Part shown: piece after piece, positions 32,645 to 42,411 of the stretch
Position numbering within the stretch: the first letter of the stretch is position 1
Layout of the letters: each line of letters opens with the position of its first letter
Source: Nitrospirota bacterium
GTDB lineage: Bacteria > Nitrospirota > Thermodesulfovibrionia > Thermodesulfovibrionales > UBA9159
Reading direction: 5' to 3'
Assembly: GCA_963699545.1 (NCBI GenBank)
Contig: CAVOUE010000006.1
Coordinates: forward strand, 32,001 to 96,000
DNA: 64,000 bases
Notes under the pieces: model-generated
Told to the model about the DNA's origin: nothing
Seen by the model: only the letters and a program-made list of their open reading frames with translations
The model's database searches: none
Made by a program: the position numbers and the translations under genes

Positions 32645-33730
32645 TCAATCCTTATGTTCTTCGTAGATCGCATGGAACCCCTTTTCAATATCCCTGAATA
32701 TCCGGAGTATCTCCGGATCAAAGTGTTCGGGCTTGGTCCTGCCGTCACCATTGACGAGAATATGAACCGTCTCAACGTGGGAAAGAGCGGTCTTGTATGC
32801 CCTCATGCTCCTCAGGGCATCATACTGATCTGCGATGCTCACGATCCTTCCCTCTATGGGGATGCTGTCGGCCCTCAGCCCCCGGGGATATCCTGACCCG
32901 TCCCATCGCTCGTGGTGGTTCAGGGCGATCGCCTCCCCTAACTGAAGGATGTCCGATTCTGATCCATGGAGTATATTTGCCCCGATGGTCGTGTGCGTCT
33001 TTGCCAGCTCGAACTCCTCAGGGCTGAGCCTGCCTGACTTGAGCAGGATGGCATCGGGGATGCCGATCTTGCCGATGTCATGCATGGGCGAAGCATAAAA
33101 AATGGTGTCAACAAAGGATTCCGGCATCCCCAGCTCCTTTGACACCATATGAGTATAGAAGCTTATCCTTCTCAGATGGTTCGCGGTGCCCACGTCCTTG
33201 AACTCGGCTGCCATGGTGAGGCGGTAAATGGTGTCAAGATACCCCTCCTTGATCCTTGCATTGGCATTTTCGACCTCTTTGTACGCGCCCTCAAGTTGCA
33301 GGGTCCTCTGGTGCACCATGCTCTCAAGGGTCTTATTGTAGTCCCTCAGGAAATCCCCGTATTCCTTCACCTTGAGAAGGTTCTGGAGACGAAGGGTGAG
33401 TTCAACCCTGTCCACCGGCTTTGTGAGGAACTCATCAGCTCCGGCCTTGAATCCCGAAAGCCTGGATGCCCTGTCATCAAGAGCGGTGACGAGGATCACG
33501 GGGATATTGCCCGTCCCCTCCTTTTCCTTCAGTTTCATGCATGTCTCATAGCCGTCCATCCCGGGCATCATGATGTCAAGGAGTATCACGTCCGGCTGGA
33601 ACGCCTCCGCCCTCTCAAGGCCTCGCATGCCGTTGACCGCGGTAGTGACGTCATATCCCTGGGCCTCGAGCATCGATTGCATGAACCTCAGGTTCAGTTC
33701 ATCATCATCTACGACCAGTATCTTCTTGAT
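32645..33730 (-). CDS. Response regulator with HD-GYP (c-di-GMP phosphodiesterase, RpfG-like) domain; start uncertain
   Basis: KILVVDDD in frame upstream of track start, LLDIMMP, FLTKP; HDIGKIGIP, HHERWDGSGYP, ADQYDAL. Confidence 0.9.
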   Translation of the reverse strand: MKKILVVDDDELNLRFMQSMLEAQGYDVTTAVNGMRGLERAEAFQPDVILLDIMMPGMDGYETCMKLKEKEGTGNIPVILVTALDDRASRLSGFKAGADEFLTKPVDRVELTLRLQNLLKVKEYGDFLRDYNKTLESMVHQRTLQLEGAYKEVENANARIKEGYLDTIYRLTMAAEFKDVGTANHLRRISFYTHMVSKELGMPESFVDTIFYASPMHDIGKIGIPDAILLKSGRLSPEEFELAKTHTTIGANILHGSESDILQLGEAIALNHHERWDGSGYPRGLRADSIPIEGRIVSIADQYDALRSMRAYKTALSHVETVHILVNGDGRTKPEHFDPEILRIFRDIEKGFHAIYEEHKD

Positions 33731-34112
33731 TTCCCGACGCCTCCCCTTCTCCCGTATTCACGTGAAGAATTCCTTCTACGATCTTCAAGAACTCCCCTGC
33801 CCTGACCGGCTTTGTGATAATGCCATCGAATCCCGCCTCCCTGACTTCCGCATCAGCTGACCCCGTCATGGCGTACACTTTTGTGCCGCCCAGCAATCCT
33901 CTCTCTTTGCATGCCCTGAGCACCTCATGCCCGCTCACCTTCGGCAGGCCGATATCCATGAGGACCAGTGAAGGGGATTCCTTTGCGATACGCTCGATGG
34001 CTGTCAGGCCGTCCAGCGCTTCCACCACTTCGTATCCCCTCTGCTCAAGGAGGGTCACAAAGAATTTTCTGTTTATCTCATCGTCTTCTACCACAAGGAT
34101 CTTGTTTGACAT
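33705..34112 (-). CDS. Single-domain response regulator (CheY/DivK-like)
   Basis: KILVVEDD, LMDIGLP, ITKPV. Confidence 0.85.
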   Translation of the reverse strand: MSNKILVVEDDEINRKFFVTLLEQRGYEVVEALDGLTAIERIAKESPSLVLMDIGLPKVSGHEVLRACKERGLLGGTKVYAMTGSADAEVREAGFDGIITKPVRAGEFLKIVEGILHVNTGEGEASGNQEDTGRR

Positions 34113-34138
34113 CTTTACCGAAACACTCCCCTTCACGG

Positions 34139-35202
34139 TTAAGAAACCGTCTTTATTTCACTCTGTCGAGCATTATTCTTTATAGGGATCGAAAACGTGA
34201 ACTTGGTTCCCCTCCCCTTTTCGCTCTCTACCCAGATCCTCCCGCCATGCAGCTCAACGAGCCTTTTTGTAAGAAAAAGGCCGAGCCCTGTGCCTCCGTA
34301 TTTCTTCTGGTAAGGGGATTCCAGCTGCTGGAATGACTGGAACAACTTCGGGATATCCTCTTTCGCAATACCGATGCCGGTATCCTCCACAGAAACTTCC
34401 AGTGCCCCGCCCCGCCCCCGGGTGCTGCCTTTGCTCCTTCCGGCCTCCCGCCACGGATCTTTCGCACGTGGACGCCTATGCTTCCCCCCTCAGGGGTGAA
34501 CTTGATGGCATTGGACAGCAGGTTCACCACGATCTGCTTTAGCTTTCTCTGGTCTGCGACGATCTCATCAGGACCATCCTCCATCCCGTACTCCAGCCTG
34601 ATGCTGTGCTTCACCATCTTCTCTTTGAACATGCCAATAGAAGATCTTATGAGCTCACGAAGGGAAAATTCCCGGAGCTCAAGATTCATGGATCCCGCCT
34701 CGATCTTGCTCAGGTCCAGGATATCGTTTATGAGGCTCAGGAGATTTTCGCCGCTCACAAGGATGTCATTGATATATTCTCTGTGCCTCTCATTGACCGG
34801 CCCGTACATCCCGCTCAGTAAAGCCTCCGAGAATCCTATGATGGCATTGAGGGGGGTTCTCAGTTCGTGGGACATATTGGCGAGAAATTCCGATTTTGCC
34901 CTGTTGGTGGATTCAGCAAGGAGCATGGCATCGCGAAGCTCTGCAGTGCGTTCCGTGAACTTGGCGTCCAGCTCACGGAGCAGCTGTTCGTTTTCTCTTT
35001 GACTTCTCCATATAAGAGCACAGACGAGGACCGCCGAGACGGTCACAAAGGCGATCCCTTTATATGTCTGAATCAAGGTGAGGAGATTGGGATCCGCAAT
35101 CAGCGCTCTTACAGCACGGTCTGAGAAATAAATGTAACAGATGCTCAACGCGAAGTAGATGAGCGCAAATCTTACCGCAACGGCGATCATGCTTTTCTTC
35201 AT
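34139..35202 (-). CDS. Membrane sensor histidine kinase (frameshift near 34395)
   Basis: Two TM helices, [34 protein letters not shown] and GTGLGL in ORF 34139..34390. Confidence 0.88.
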
Positions 35203-35205
35203 CAG

Positions 35206-36228
35206 TTACCTTTCACTGAATCTGTGCACAGCCTCCACCAGCGCCACGGCATTTTCCACAGGACTTTCGGGCAATATCCCATGTCCGAGGTTAAAGACAT
35301 GCCCCTTTGCGAATTCCCCCTTCCAGAGGATATCCTTCACCTTGTCCTCCATCTTTTCCCTTGGGAGGAAAAGAGCACAGGGGTCGAGGTTCCCCTGAAC
35401 GGCGAACTTCTTTCCGATCCCCTTAACAGCGTCCTTCAGGTCTACCCTCCAGTCGATCCCTATGACGTCAGCAGAGGTCTTCCTGATCTCTTTCAGGAGC
35501 GCAGCGCACTCGTTCACGAAATAGATCACCGGGACCCCTTCCTTTTTCAATTCGGCAATGGCTTTCTTCACATGAGGGAGGACAAACTCTTTGTAGTCCC
35601 CCGGCGCAAGAGTTCCTGCCCATGTGTCGAAGAGCTGCACTGCCTGGGCCCCCGCCCTGACCTGCGACGTCAGATAGGAAATGACCGTTATGGTAATCTT
35701 GTCCATGAGGAGGCTGAAAAGCCCCGGGTTCTGGAACATCATTCTCTTGGTGTTCAGGAAGTTTTTCGAGCTTCCCCCTTCTATCATGTATGTGGCGAGG
35801 GTAAAGGGCGCTCCCGAAAACCCAATGAGAGGAACAGTGAGTTGAGACCTGAGGATCCTTATCGCCTCTAGTACAAAGGGCATGCTGTCTTCCGTGTCAG
35901 GGATGACCAGCCGGTCAACGCCGGATTTTGTTCTCACCGGGTCACCCAGCACCGGCCCTTTCTTGTCCGAAAATTCCAGGTGCATCCCCATGGCTTCCAC
36001 GGCGATGAGGATGTCCGAAAAGAGGATCGCCGCATCGACCTTGAGCTTCTCCACAGGCTGCATTGTGACCTTCGCCGCCAGCTCAGGGGTTTTGCACAGG
36101 GTGAGAAAATCCACCTCGGCGCGCACAGCCTGGTATTCCGGGAGATACCTTCCTGCCTGACGCATGATCCATACCGGGGTGTACGGCACCTTTTCACCCC
36201 TGCACGCCTTAAGAAATATGTCGTTCAT
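35206..36228 (-). CDS. hemE: Uroporphyrinogen decarboxylase
   Basis: PVWIMRQAGRYLPEY, AAILFSDIL, GFSGAPFTLATY, QGNLDP, FNLGHGI. Confidence 0.97.
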   Translation of the reverse strand: MNDIFLKACRGEKVPYTPVWIMRQAGRYLPEYQAVRAEVDFLTLCKTPELAAKVTMQPVEKLKVDAAILFSDILIAVEAMGMHLEFSDKKGPVLGDPVRTKSGVDRLVIPDTEDSMPFVLEAIRILRSQLTVPLIGFSGAPFTLATYMIEGGSSKNFLNTKRMMFQNPGLFSLLMDKITITVISYLTSQVRAGAQAVQLFDTWAGTLAPGDYKEFVLPHVKKAIAELKKEGVPVIYFVNECAALLKEIRKTSADVIGIDWRVDLKDAVKGIGKKFAVQGNLDPCALFLPREKMEDKVKDILWKGEFAKGHVFNLGHGILPESPVENAVALVEAVHRFSER

Positions 36229-36310
36229 ACCACCTCCTATAGAAAGTAACTGTCAGAAAACAGTAAATAGTCACGACAAAGAACCTATGAACACGTATGC
36301 ACCTACAAAC

Positions 36311-37399
36311 CTATCTGCTCCTCTTACCACTTACTCTTTCCTTCTCCATTTTCAAAGGCACGTAACTGCAGAAGGGCTCCTCTTCAAGATAATCTCCGTG
36401 CACGGAATAGGCCCTGGCCCTGCAGCCACCGCAGACGTTCACGTACTCGCAGGAACCGCACCTGCCCTTGTATTTCTTGAAATCCCTCAGCTCCTTAAAA
36501 AGCTCCGACTTCTCCCATATGTCCTTAAAGGACTGCTCCATGACATTGCCCGCCGACTTGGGGAAATAGCTGCAGGGAAGGACATCGCCGTCAACGTTGA
36601 TGAGGCAGATCAGCTGCCCCGCAATGCAGCCCTTTGAGCCTCCCGTGGAAAACTTCAGCGTCCTGCGCTGGAACTTCACCTTCTCTTCTTTCGCTTTCTG
36701 GAGCACCACTCTGTAATAGTGGGGGGCACAGGTCGGTCGGACCAGCATGTCATCTTCGTCCTTCTCCATCTGATAGTGCCACTCGAGGATATCCTCATAG
36801 TCCTCCTTGGAGATCAGCTCGTTCATGATCTCCTCGCCTCTTCCCGTGGGCACGATCATGAACATATACCACGCCGTAGCGCCGAGCTCCTTGGAGAGCC
36901 TGTACACCCTCGGGATCTCTTCCTGGTTCCTCTTGGTGAATGACGAATTGACGATGAATTCGATGCCGTGCTTCTTGAAGAGCTTAGCAGCGTTTATGGT
37001 CCCTGAAAATGCGCCCTTCTCGTTCCTGAAATCGTCATGCACACCTTCCGTGGACCCGTCGAGGCTAAGGGAGACGATCCTGATGCCCGAATCCCTGATC
37101 TTCCCGCATATCTCATCTGTGACAAGGGTGCCGTTGGTGGCGAGGCACATCCTGAGCCCTTTCCCTGTGCCATATCGGGCTATCTCAAAGACATCGCTCC
37201 TGATCAGCGGTTCCCCGCCTGAGAGGACCACCACGGGTTGCGCATAGCTCGCTATGTTGTCCAGTATGGCAAAGGCCTTCTCCGTCGAGAAGTCAGGGTG
37301 CCCCTTGATCTCCATCTCGGAAGAAGAGCGGCAATGAACGCACCTCAGGTTGCATCTCCTCGTGATCTCCCACGCTATCCACTTCGGCTTAAATTCCAT
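36311..37399 (-). CDS. Radical SAM/SPASM protein, AhbD/NirJ-like
   Basis: [15 protein letters not shown] CxxxCxx[26 protein letters not shown] cysteines (GCIAG...PC...[15 protein letters not shown]...PFC); precedes hemE. Confidence 0.85.
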   Translation of the reverse strand: MEFKPKWIAWEITRRCNLRCVHCRSSSEMEIKGHPDFSTEKAFAILDNIASYAQPVVVLSGGEPLIRSDVFEIARYGTGKGLRMCLATNGTLVTDEICGKIRDSGIRIVSLSLDGSTEGVHDDFRNEKGAFSGTINAAKLFKKHGIEFIVNSSFTKRNQEEIPRVYRLSKELGATAWYMFMIVPTGRGEEIMNELISKEDYEDILEWHYQMEKDEDDMLVRPTCAPHYYRVVLQKAKEEKVKFQRRTLKFSTGGSKGCIAGQLICLINVDGDVLPCSYFPKSAGNVMEQSFKDIWEKSELFKELRDFKKYKGRCGSCEYVNVCGGCRARAYSVHGDYLEEEPFCSYVPLKMEKERVSGKRSR

Positions 37400-37474
37400 A
37401 AAATGTCCTACCTTTTCCCACCTGTGATAACAAGTGTAACTACGTTCGCGGAGCCATCGGAGGCGCCCCGGATA

Positions 37475-39112
37475 TTATACCGCCGACACCGTCATTTTGT
37501 CATTCCAGATATAGGCCTCTATGGCAGCGAGAAAAGGCCCGAAGGTGGAAGGATCGATGGCAGAGACCGCCAGCGCACTGTACCTCATCTTCAGGTTCTC
37601 CGCCTCTTCCGCCGTTATCCTGTCGGTCTTGTTAAAGACCAGTATCTGCGGTTTCTTCCCGAGATCAAGCTCTTCCAGTATCTTCTCCACAGAGGCCATG
37701 TGCCGCTCAAACCGCGGATTGGACGCATCCACCAAATGTATCAGTAGTTCTGCGTCCTCAAGCTCCTCAAGGGTCGACTTAAAGGCCGCCATGAGGTCCT
37801 TCGGAAGATCCCTGATGAATCCGACGGTATCGGTGATGATCACCTCTCTCTCGCGGGGGAACCTGAGCCTCCTGCTTGCGGTGTCCAGCGTTGCGAACAG
37901 CTTATCCTCCACAAACGTTTCACTTCTTGTCAGGGCATTGAGGAGGGTCGACTTCCCCGCATTGGTATAGCCGATGATCGAGACAATGGGAATACCTGTC
38001 TCGACCCTCCGCTGTTTTCTCTGACGCCTCGCCTCGGAAAGAGACCTCAGTTCCCGTTCCAGCAGGGTTATCTTCTCCCTCACACGCCTCCTGTCTATCT
38101 CGAGCTTCATTTCTCCGGGGCCCCTGCCCCCGATCCCACCCATGAGCCGCGACATTGCCGTCCCTTTGCCTGTAAGCCGAGGGAGCCGGTATTTCAGCTG
38201 TGCCAGCTCTACCTGGACCTTTCCATCCCTGCTGTGGGCCCGTTGTGCAAAAATGTCAAGTATCAGCTGGCAGCGGTCAATCACCTTCAGTTCGGTCAAC
38301 TCCCCTATCGCCTTGGTCTGGGAAGGACTCAGCTCCTGATCCAATATCAGCAGGGTAGCCCCTTTATTCATCGCATAAATGACAAGCTCCTTGACCTTGC
38401 CCTCGCCCATGAGATACTTCGGGTTGATCTCCTTTGGCCTCTGGATCACTTCACCAAGGACAAGGACACCGCCGGACAGGGCCAGTTCCCTGAGCTCTTC
38501 CACGGAGTCTTCCTGTTCATATTTCGGTTTCGTAGATACGCTCACCAGGAGAGCTCTTTCCCTGCTGTCCTTCTGATCGAAGGTCCTCCGCCTCTCCATC
38601 TCATCATCGAGGGCATTGATGAAGGAGATGAAATCAAGATCGAGCTGATAGAATCCCCGGGAGGGGAATACCTCCACAGGCCTCTCAGAACCCTGGGGCA
38701 TGAGATGGGCTACAAAGATCGTGTCAGGCAGCCTGTCCTTGACCCCAATTGCAGCGATAAGGTCCAGTCTTAAGAGGGACAGGTCGGTAAGATCGTCCTG
38801 GTTCAGGGGTTCATCCTTAAGGTGCGTATGTACGAGTCTCAACCCCCGCAGAGCTCTTCTGCCGATGGGATGATCCCAAAGATCGGGAATCAGGATCCCC
38901 TTCGTATCTCCCACGATGACATGGGTGACCGCTCCGGAGCGATGGATCAGCAGGCCTATCTGGCGGCCCATCTCCGATGACAATTCAGCAAGATATTTTG
39001 CCACTTCAGGTGTGATGACCTTATCCTGGGGAACCTTTCTCCGGTATATCTTCTCCAGGGAGTGGATTGCTGTTCCTTTGAGACCTGAGATGTTTCCGTA
39101 GACCGCTGGTAT
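37475..39112 (-). CDS. hflX: GTPase HflX with N-terminal extension; apparent ATA start
   Basis: ILDIFAQRA, GRGPGE, GYTNAGKSTL, DKLFATLD, DTVGF, NKTD; frame open a further 36 codons to ATA 39112, preceded directly by TAG and by GGAGG. Confidence 0.94.
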   Translation of the reverse strand: MPAVYGNISGLKGTAIHSLEKIYRRKVPQDKVITPEVAKYLAELSSEMGRQIGLLIHRSGAVTHVIVGDTKGILIPDLWDHPIGRRALRGLRLVHTHLKDEPLNQDDLTDLSLLRLDLIAAIGVKDRLPDTIFVAHLMPQGSERPVEVFPSRGFYQLDLDFISFINALDDEMERRRTFDQKDSRERALLVSVSTKPKYEQEDSVEELRELALSGGVLVLGEVIQRPKEINPKYLMGEGKVKELVIYAMNKGATLLILDQELSPSQTKAIGELTELKVIDRCQLILDIFAQRAHSRDGKVQVELAQLKYRLPRLTGKGTAMSRLMGGIGGRGPGEMKLEIDRRRVREKITLLERELRSLSEARRQRKQRRVETGIPIVSIIGYTNAGKSTLLNALTRSETFVEDKLFATLDTASRRLRFPREREVIITDTVGFIRDLPKDLMAAFKSTLEELEDAELLIHLVDASNPRFERHMASVEKILEELDLGKKPQILVFNKTDRITAEEAENLKMRYSALAVSAIDPSTFGPFLAAIEAYIWNDKMTVSAV

Positions 39113-39225
39113 CTAAATCCTCCGAACCCTTTTTTTTATTCTATCACACCTGGACCCATTTGTATCAGGCCATTATTTTCTGTACTATCAGACTATGAAA
39201 GGCTCAAGGAGGATCGCCCACGAAA

Positions 39226-39762
39226 GTGATAAGCGAAAGGAACATTAAAGGCAAGACTCTGCGTCTCGTGCAGGGGGATATCACCGAAAGGGACGTGGAC
39301 GCGATCGTGAATGCCGCCAATTCCCATCTCCAGCATGGCGGCGGTGTTGCAGGCGCCATAGTGAGGAAAGGCGGAGAGGTCATACAGGAAGAAAGCGACA
39401 GGATAGGCTTTGTGGCAGTGGGCCACGCGGCTGTTACCGGCGCGGGGAGGCTTCCCTGCAGATACGTGATCCACACAGTGGGGCCCAGGATGGGAGAGGG
39501 AGATGAGGACAACAAGCTGAAGAACGCGGTCCTGAGCAGTCTCATGCTGGCATCAGGGAAAGCGCTGGAGAGCATCTCGATCCCGGCCATAAGCTCCGGC
39601 ATCTTCGGCTTCCCTAAAGACCGGTGCGCAGAGATCCTGGTGAGGGAGGCGCTGAACTACCTGAAGGAGAACCCGAAGTCCAGCCTTGAAGTGGTGGAAT
39701 TCTGTGTTCATGACGACTTGACGATGGGATTCTTCAAGAAGGAATTCGAGAAGATCGCTTAG
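39226..39762 (+). CDS. Macro-domain protein (ADP-ribose binding/hydrolase, YmdB-like)
   Basis: GDIT, DAIVNAAN, HGGGVAGAI, VIHTVGP, PAISSGIFGFP. Confidence 0.92.
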   Translation: MISERNIKGKTLRLVQGDITERDVDAIVNAANSHLQHGGGVAGAIVRKGGEVIQEESDRIGFVAVGHAAVTGAGRLPCRYVIHTVGPRMGEGDEDNKLKNAVLSSLMLASGKALESISIPAISSGIFGFPKDRCAEILVREALNYLKENPKSSLEVVEFCVHDDLTMGFFKKEFEKIA

Positions 39763-39884
39763 GATACTGCCCTCTCCTGTTTCTCCGATGGTTCGTGGAC
39801 GGCGCAGCGCCTTACATTCTTACTGCAAAATATCGACGTTTCGTACTATAATTTCAGCAATTTCAGAACGGAAGCCGGGGGGAC

Positions 39885-40271
39885 ATGAAACGCTCGAAAA
39901 AGATCGCCCTGACATTACTTGCATCTGCTTCTCTGGCCGCCTGCGGCTGCGGTTCAGAACAGGCCACACAGAGGGAGATCTACGCTTCCAGGGAAAAATG
40001 TGTGGAGGACTGGGGCGGCGACGACAAATGCGAAGAAGGCCAGGGAGGCAGATATTATTACGGACCGCATTATATCTTCCGCAGCGGATATCCCTATTAC
40101 TTCCGTTCGGGGAGCAGGGACCCGCTCCCCCTCGGCAGGGATGCAAGATTCTCGGGCGTACAGCCGGGGATGAAATCACCTCACTCGGCAGACACCCTTT
40201 CTACAACCCGTATCAGCCGCGGAGGATTCGGAAGGTCTGCATCATTGCATGGTGGAGGCTCAAAATCATGA
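39885..40271 (+). CDS. YgiB/DUF1190-like lipoprotein
   Basis: MKRSKKIALTLL...LAACGC lipobox, Y...C...C, C-terminal SRGGFGRS; precedes YgiC-like gene. Confidence 0.75.
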   Translation: MKRSKKIALTLLASASLAACGCGSEQATQREIYASREKCVEDWGGDDKCEEGQGGRYYYGPHYIFRSGYPYYFRSGSRDPLPLGRDARFSGVQPGMKSPHSADTLSTTRISRGGFGRSASLHGGGSKS

Positions 40272-40290
40272 CCCTAAAGGCATTTTCCCG

Positions 40291-41427
40291 GTGAAACGGC
40301 TGACAGTGAACCCGCGTTCCCGCTGGCAGGAAAAATTCGAGGAATTCGGCTTCTCTTTCCACTCCATGGATGGATTGTACTGGAATGAGGGCATCTGCTA
40401 TGAGTTTTCCTCTGAAGAGATCGATCACCTCGAAAAAGTGACCGCCACCCTTCATGAGATGTGCGCCGAAGCGGTGGGTCATGTGGTTGAGAATGATCTT
40501 TTCCCGAAGATGGGTATTCCCGACACCTTCGGGGAGTTTGTCAGAAGGTCCTGGGAAAGGGATGACCGTTCCCTTTACGGTCGTTTCGATCTTTCGTACG
40601 ACGGACAGGCCGAACCGAAACTTCTGGAATACAACGCGGACACCCCCACTTCGCTTTTTGAGTCAAGCATCGCTCAGTGGATATGGATAGAGGAGATGTT
40701 CCCCCACGAGGACCAGTTCAACTCCATCCACGAGAAGCTTCTCGATGCCTTTTCACAGGTGCGCGGAGACATTCCCCTTTCCACACCGTTTTATTTTTCC
40801 TGCGTGAAGTACCATGAGGAAGACTTCCTCACCACGGAGTATATGCGTGACATTGCGCTCCAAGCCGGTCTGGATGCACGGCACATCTTTGTTGAAGACA
40901 TCGGCTATAGCGACGAAACACAGGCGTTCTACGACCTCGGCAATAATGAGATCGAATTCATCTTTAAACTCTACCCGTGGGAATGGGTCATGGCTGACGA
41001 ATTCGGCAAACACGTCCTGCAAGACGGGTTAAGGATGTATGAGCCCCCGTGGAAAATGGTGTTGTCGAACAAGGCTATTCTCCCGATCCTTTGGGGGATG
41101 TTTGAAGGCCACCCAAACCTGCTGCCGAGCTATTTTGAGCCGGAGAAATGCGGAAACTCATACGTGAAGAAGCCTCTCCTTTCGAGAGAAGGCGCAAATA
41201 TCGCGTATTATCAGGGTGGTCGCTGCCTGGAAGATACGGAAGGAAGTTACGGCGCTGAAGGATTCATCTACCAGAAAGCACAGCAGCTTCCCTGCTTTGA
41301 GGGAAATTACGCGGTCGTGGGCTCATGGGTAATAAACGGACTGGCTGCAGGGATCGGTATCCGTGAAGATACCTCTCCCGTCACGAAGAACACAAGCACG
41401 TTTGTGCCACATTACTTTAAACAGTAA
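40291..41427 (+). CDS. Glutathionylspermidine synthase-family ATP-grasp ligase (YgiC/YjfC-like); start approximate
   Basis: YGRFDL, KLLEYNADTPTSL, FKLYPWEW, EPPWKMVLSNK, KKPLLSREGAN, GIRED. Confidence 0.92.
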   Translation: MKRLTVNPRSRWQEKFEEFGFSFHSMDGLYWNEGICYEFSSEEIDHLEKVTATLHEMCAEAVGHVVENDLFPKMGIPDTFGEFVRRSWERDDRSLYGRFDLSYDGQAEPKLLEYNADTPTSLFESSIAQWIWIEEMFPHEDQFNSIHEKLLDAFSQVRGDIPLSTPFYFSCVKYHEEDFLTTEYMRDIALQAGLDARHIFVEDIGYSDETQAFYDLGNNEIEFIFKLYPWEWVMADEFGKHVLQDGLRMYEPPWKMVLSNKAILPILWGMFEGHPNLLPSYFEPEKCGNSYVKKPLLSREGANIAYYQGGRCLEDTEGSYGAEGFIYQKAQQLPCFEGNYAVVGSWVINGLAAGIGIREDTSPVTKNTSTFVPHYFKQ

Positions 41428-41456
41428 TCTGGTGGATTAAAGGGAGGGTCCAAAAA

Positions 41457-41874
41457 ATGATCGGAGAAAAGTTCATTACGCCTTTTTCAGGTCTTCTTGG
41501 TTTTGGAGTCTATTTCGTCATGGCGATTCTCCTCCTCGTTCTTTTTTCATTGATCTATGCGAGGACCACGCCCTATAAAGAGTTTGCGCTCATCTCCAAA
41601 GGAAACCTCGCCGCTGCCTGGAGTTTCAGCGGAGCATTGCTCGGGTTTGCAATCCCTCTTGCCAGCGCCATTTCCCATAGCGTCGGGCTCATTGACATGG
41701 TGATATGGGGAACCATCGCCCTCATCGTGCAGCTGCTCACCTTTTCGGCGGTAAGGAAACTCTTCCCCGCCATTGTCTCTGATATCCCGGAGAACCACGT
41801 TGCGCAGGGAGTGTTCCTCGGCGTTGTCTCCCCTTGTGAGCGGGATACTGAACGCCGCGTGTATGACGTACTGA
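41457..41874 (+). CDS. DUF350 (YjfL-like) membrane protein (frameshift near 41835)
   Basis: TPYKEFALISKGNLAAA, GFAIPLASAI; typical end GILNAACMTY* in shifted frame at 41874. Confidence 0.85.
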
Positions 41875-42044
41875 GCCTGTACTATTCTGGTCCTGCCGCC
41901 TGGCGACACGCAGCGACCGGGGGGATGCCTATTTCAAAGAGCGGCACTCAAGCCGTCCCCGAATAACCATCTACAAAACAAGACTTCTTTACGGACCGGA
42001 AGGCCCATGATCACTTCCCCGGATACCGCCCCCTCAAGAAAAAG

Positions 42045-42094
42045 TTGACATCTATCCCCTTCATCAGTATAATCAGAACAATCAGCATGGTAAG
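42045..42094 (+). promoter_or_regulatory. Consensus sigma70 promoter of hgc locus with overlapping direct repeats
   Basis: TTGACA (42045) - 17 bp - TATAAT (42068); ATCAG at 42063, 42072, 42081 and GTAAG at 42090. Confidence 0.85.
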
Positions 42095-42123
42095 TATTCC
42101 TAAGACATCCGGGGAGAGGTGAC

Positions 42124-42399
42124 ATGAGAAAAAGGAAAGAAGCTTTGCCTTGCACTCTATCAGCGAATAAGACCAATGCCAGTTGCAAAGTTGAATCCAT
42201 AATAAGCGTCGACGAAAGGGGACAGATGGTACTGCCCAAGGAGCTGAGGGCAAAGGCAAAGATTAATGCCGGCGACAAATTGGCGATTACAAGCTGGGAG
42301 AAGGACGGGGAGGTCTGCTGCATAACCCTCATCAAGGTGGAAGATCTTGTGGAGATGGTAAAAGGGCAACTCGGCCCGATAATCAAAGAGATCCTGTAA
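42124..42399 (+). CDS. hgcC: AbrB/MazE/SpoVT-fold hgcAB-associated regulator
   Basis: CKVESIISVDERGQMVLPKELRAKAKINAGDKL...VCCITLIK; directly upstream of hgcA. Confidence 0.8.
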   Translation: MRKRKEALPCTLSANKTNASCKVESIISVDERGQMVLPKELRAKAKINAGDKLAITSWEKDGEVCCITLIKVEDLVEMVKGQLGPIIKEIL

Positions 42400-42411
42400 A
42401 ACTCTTGAAGT

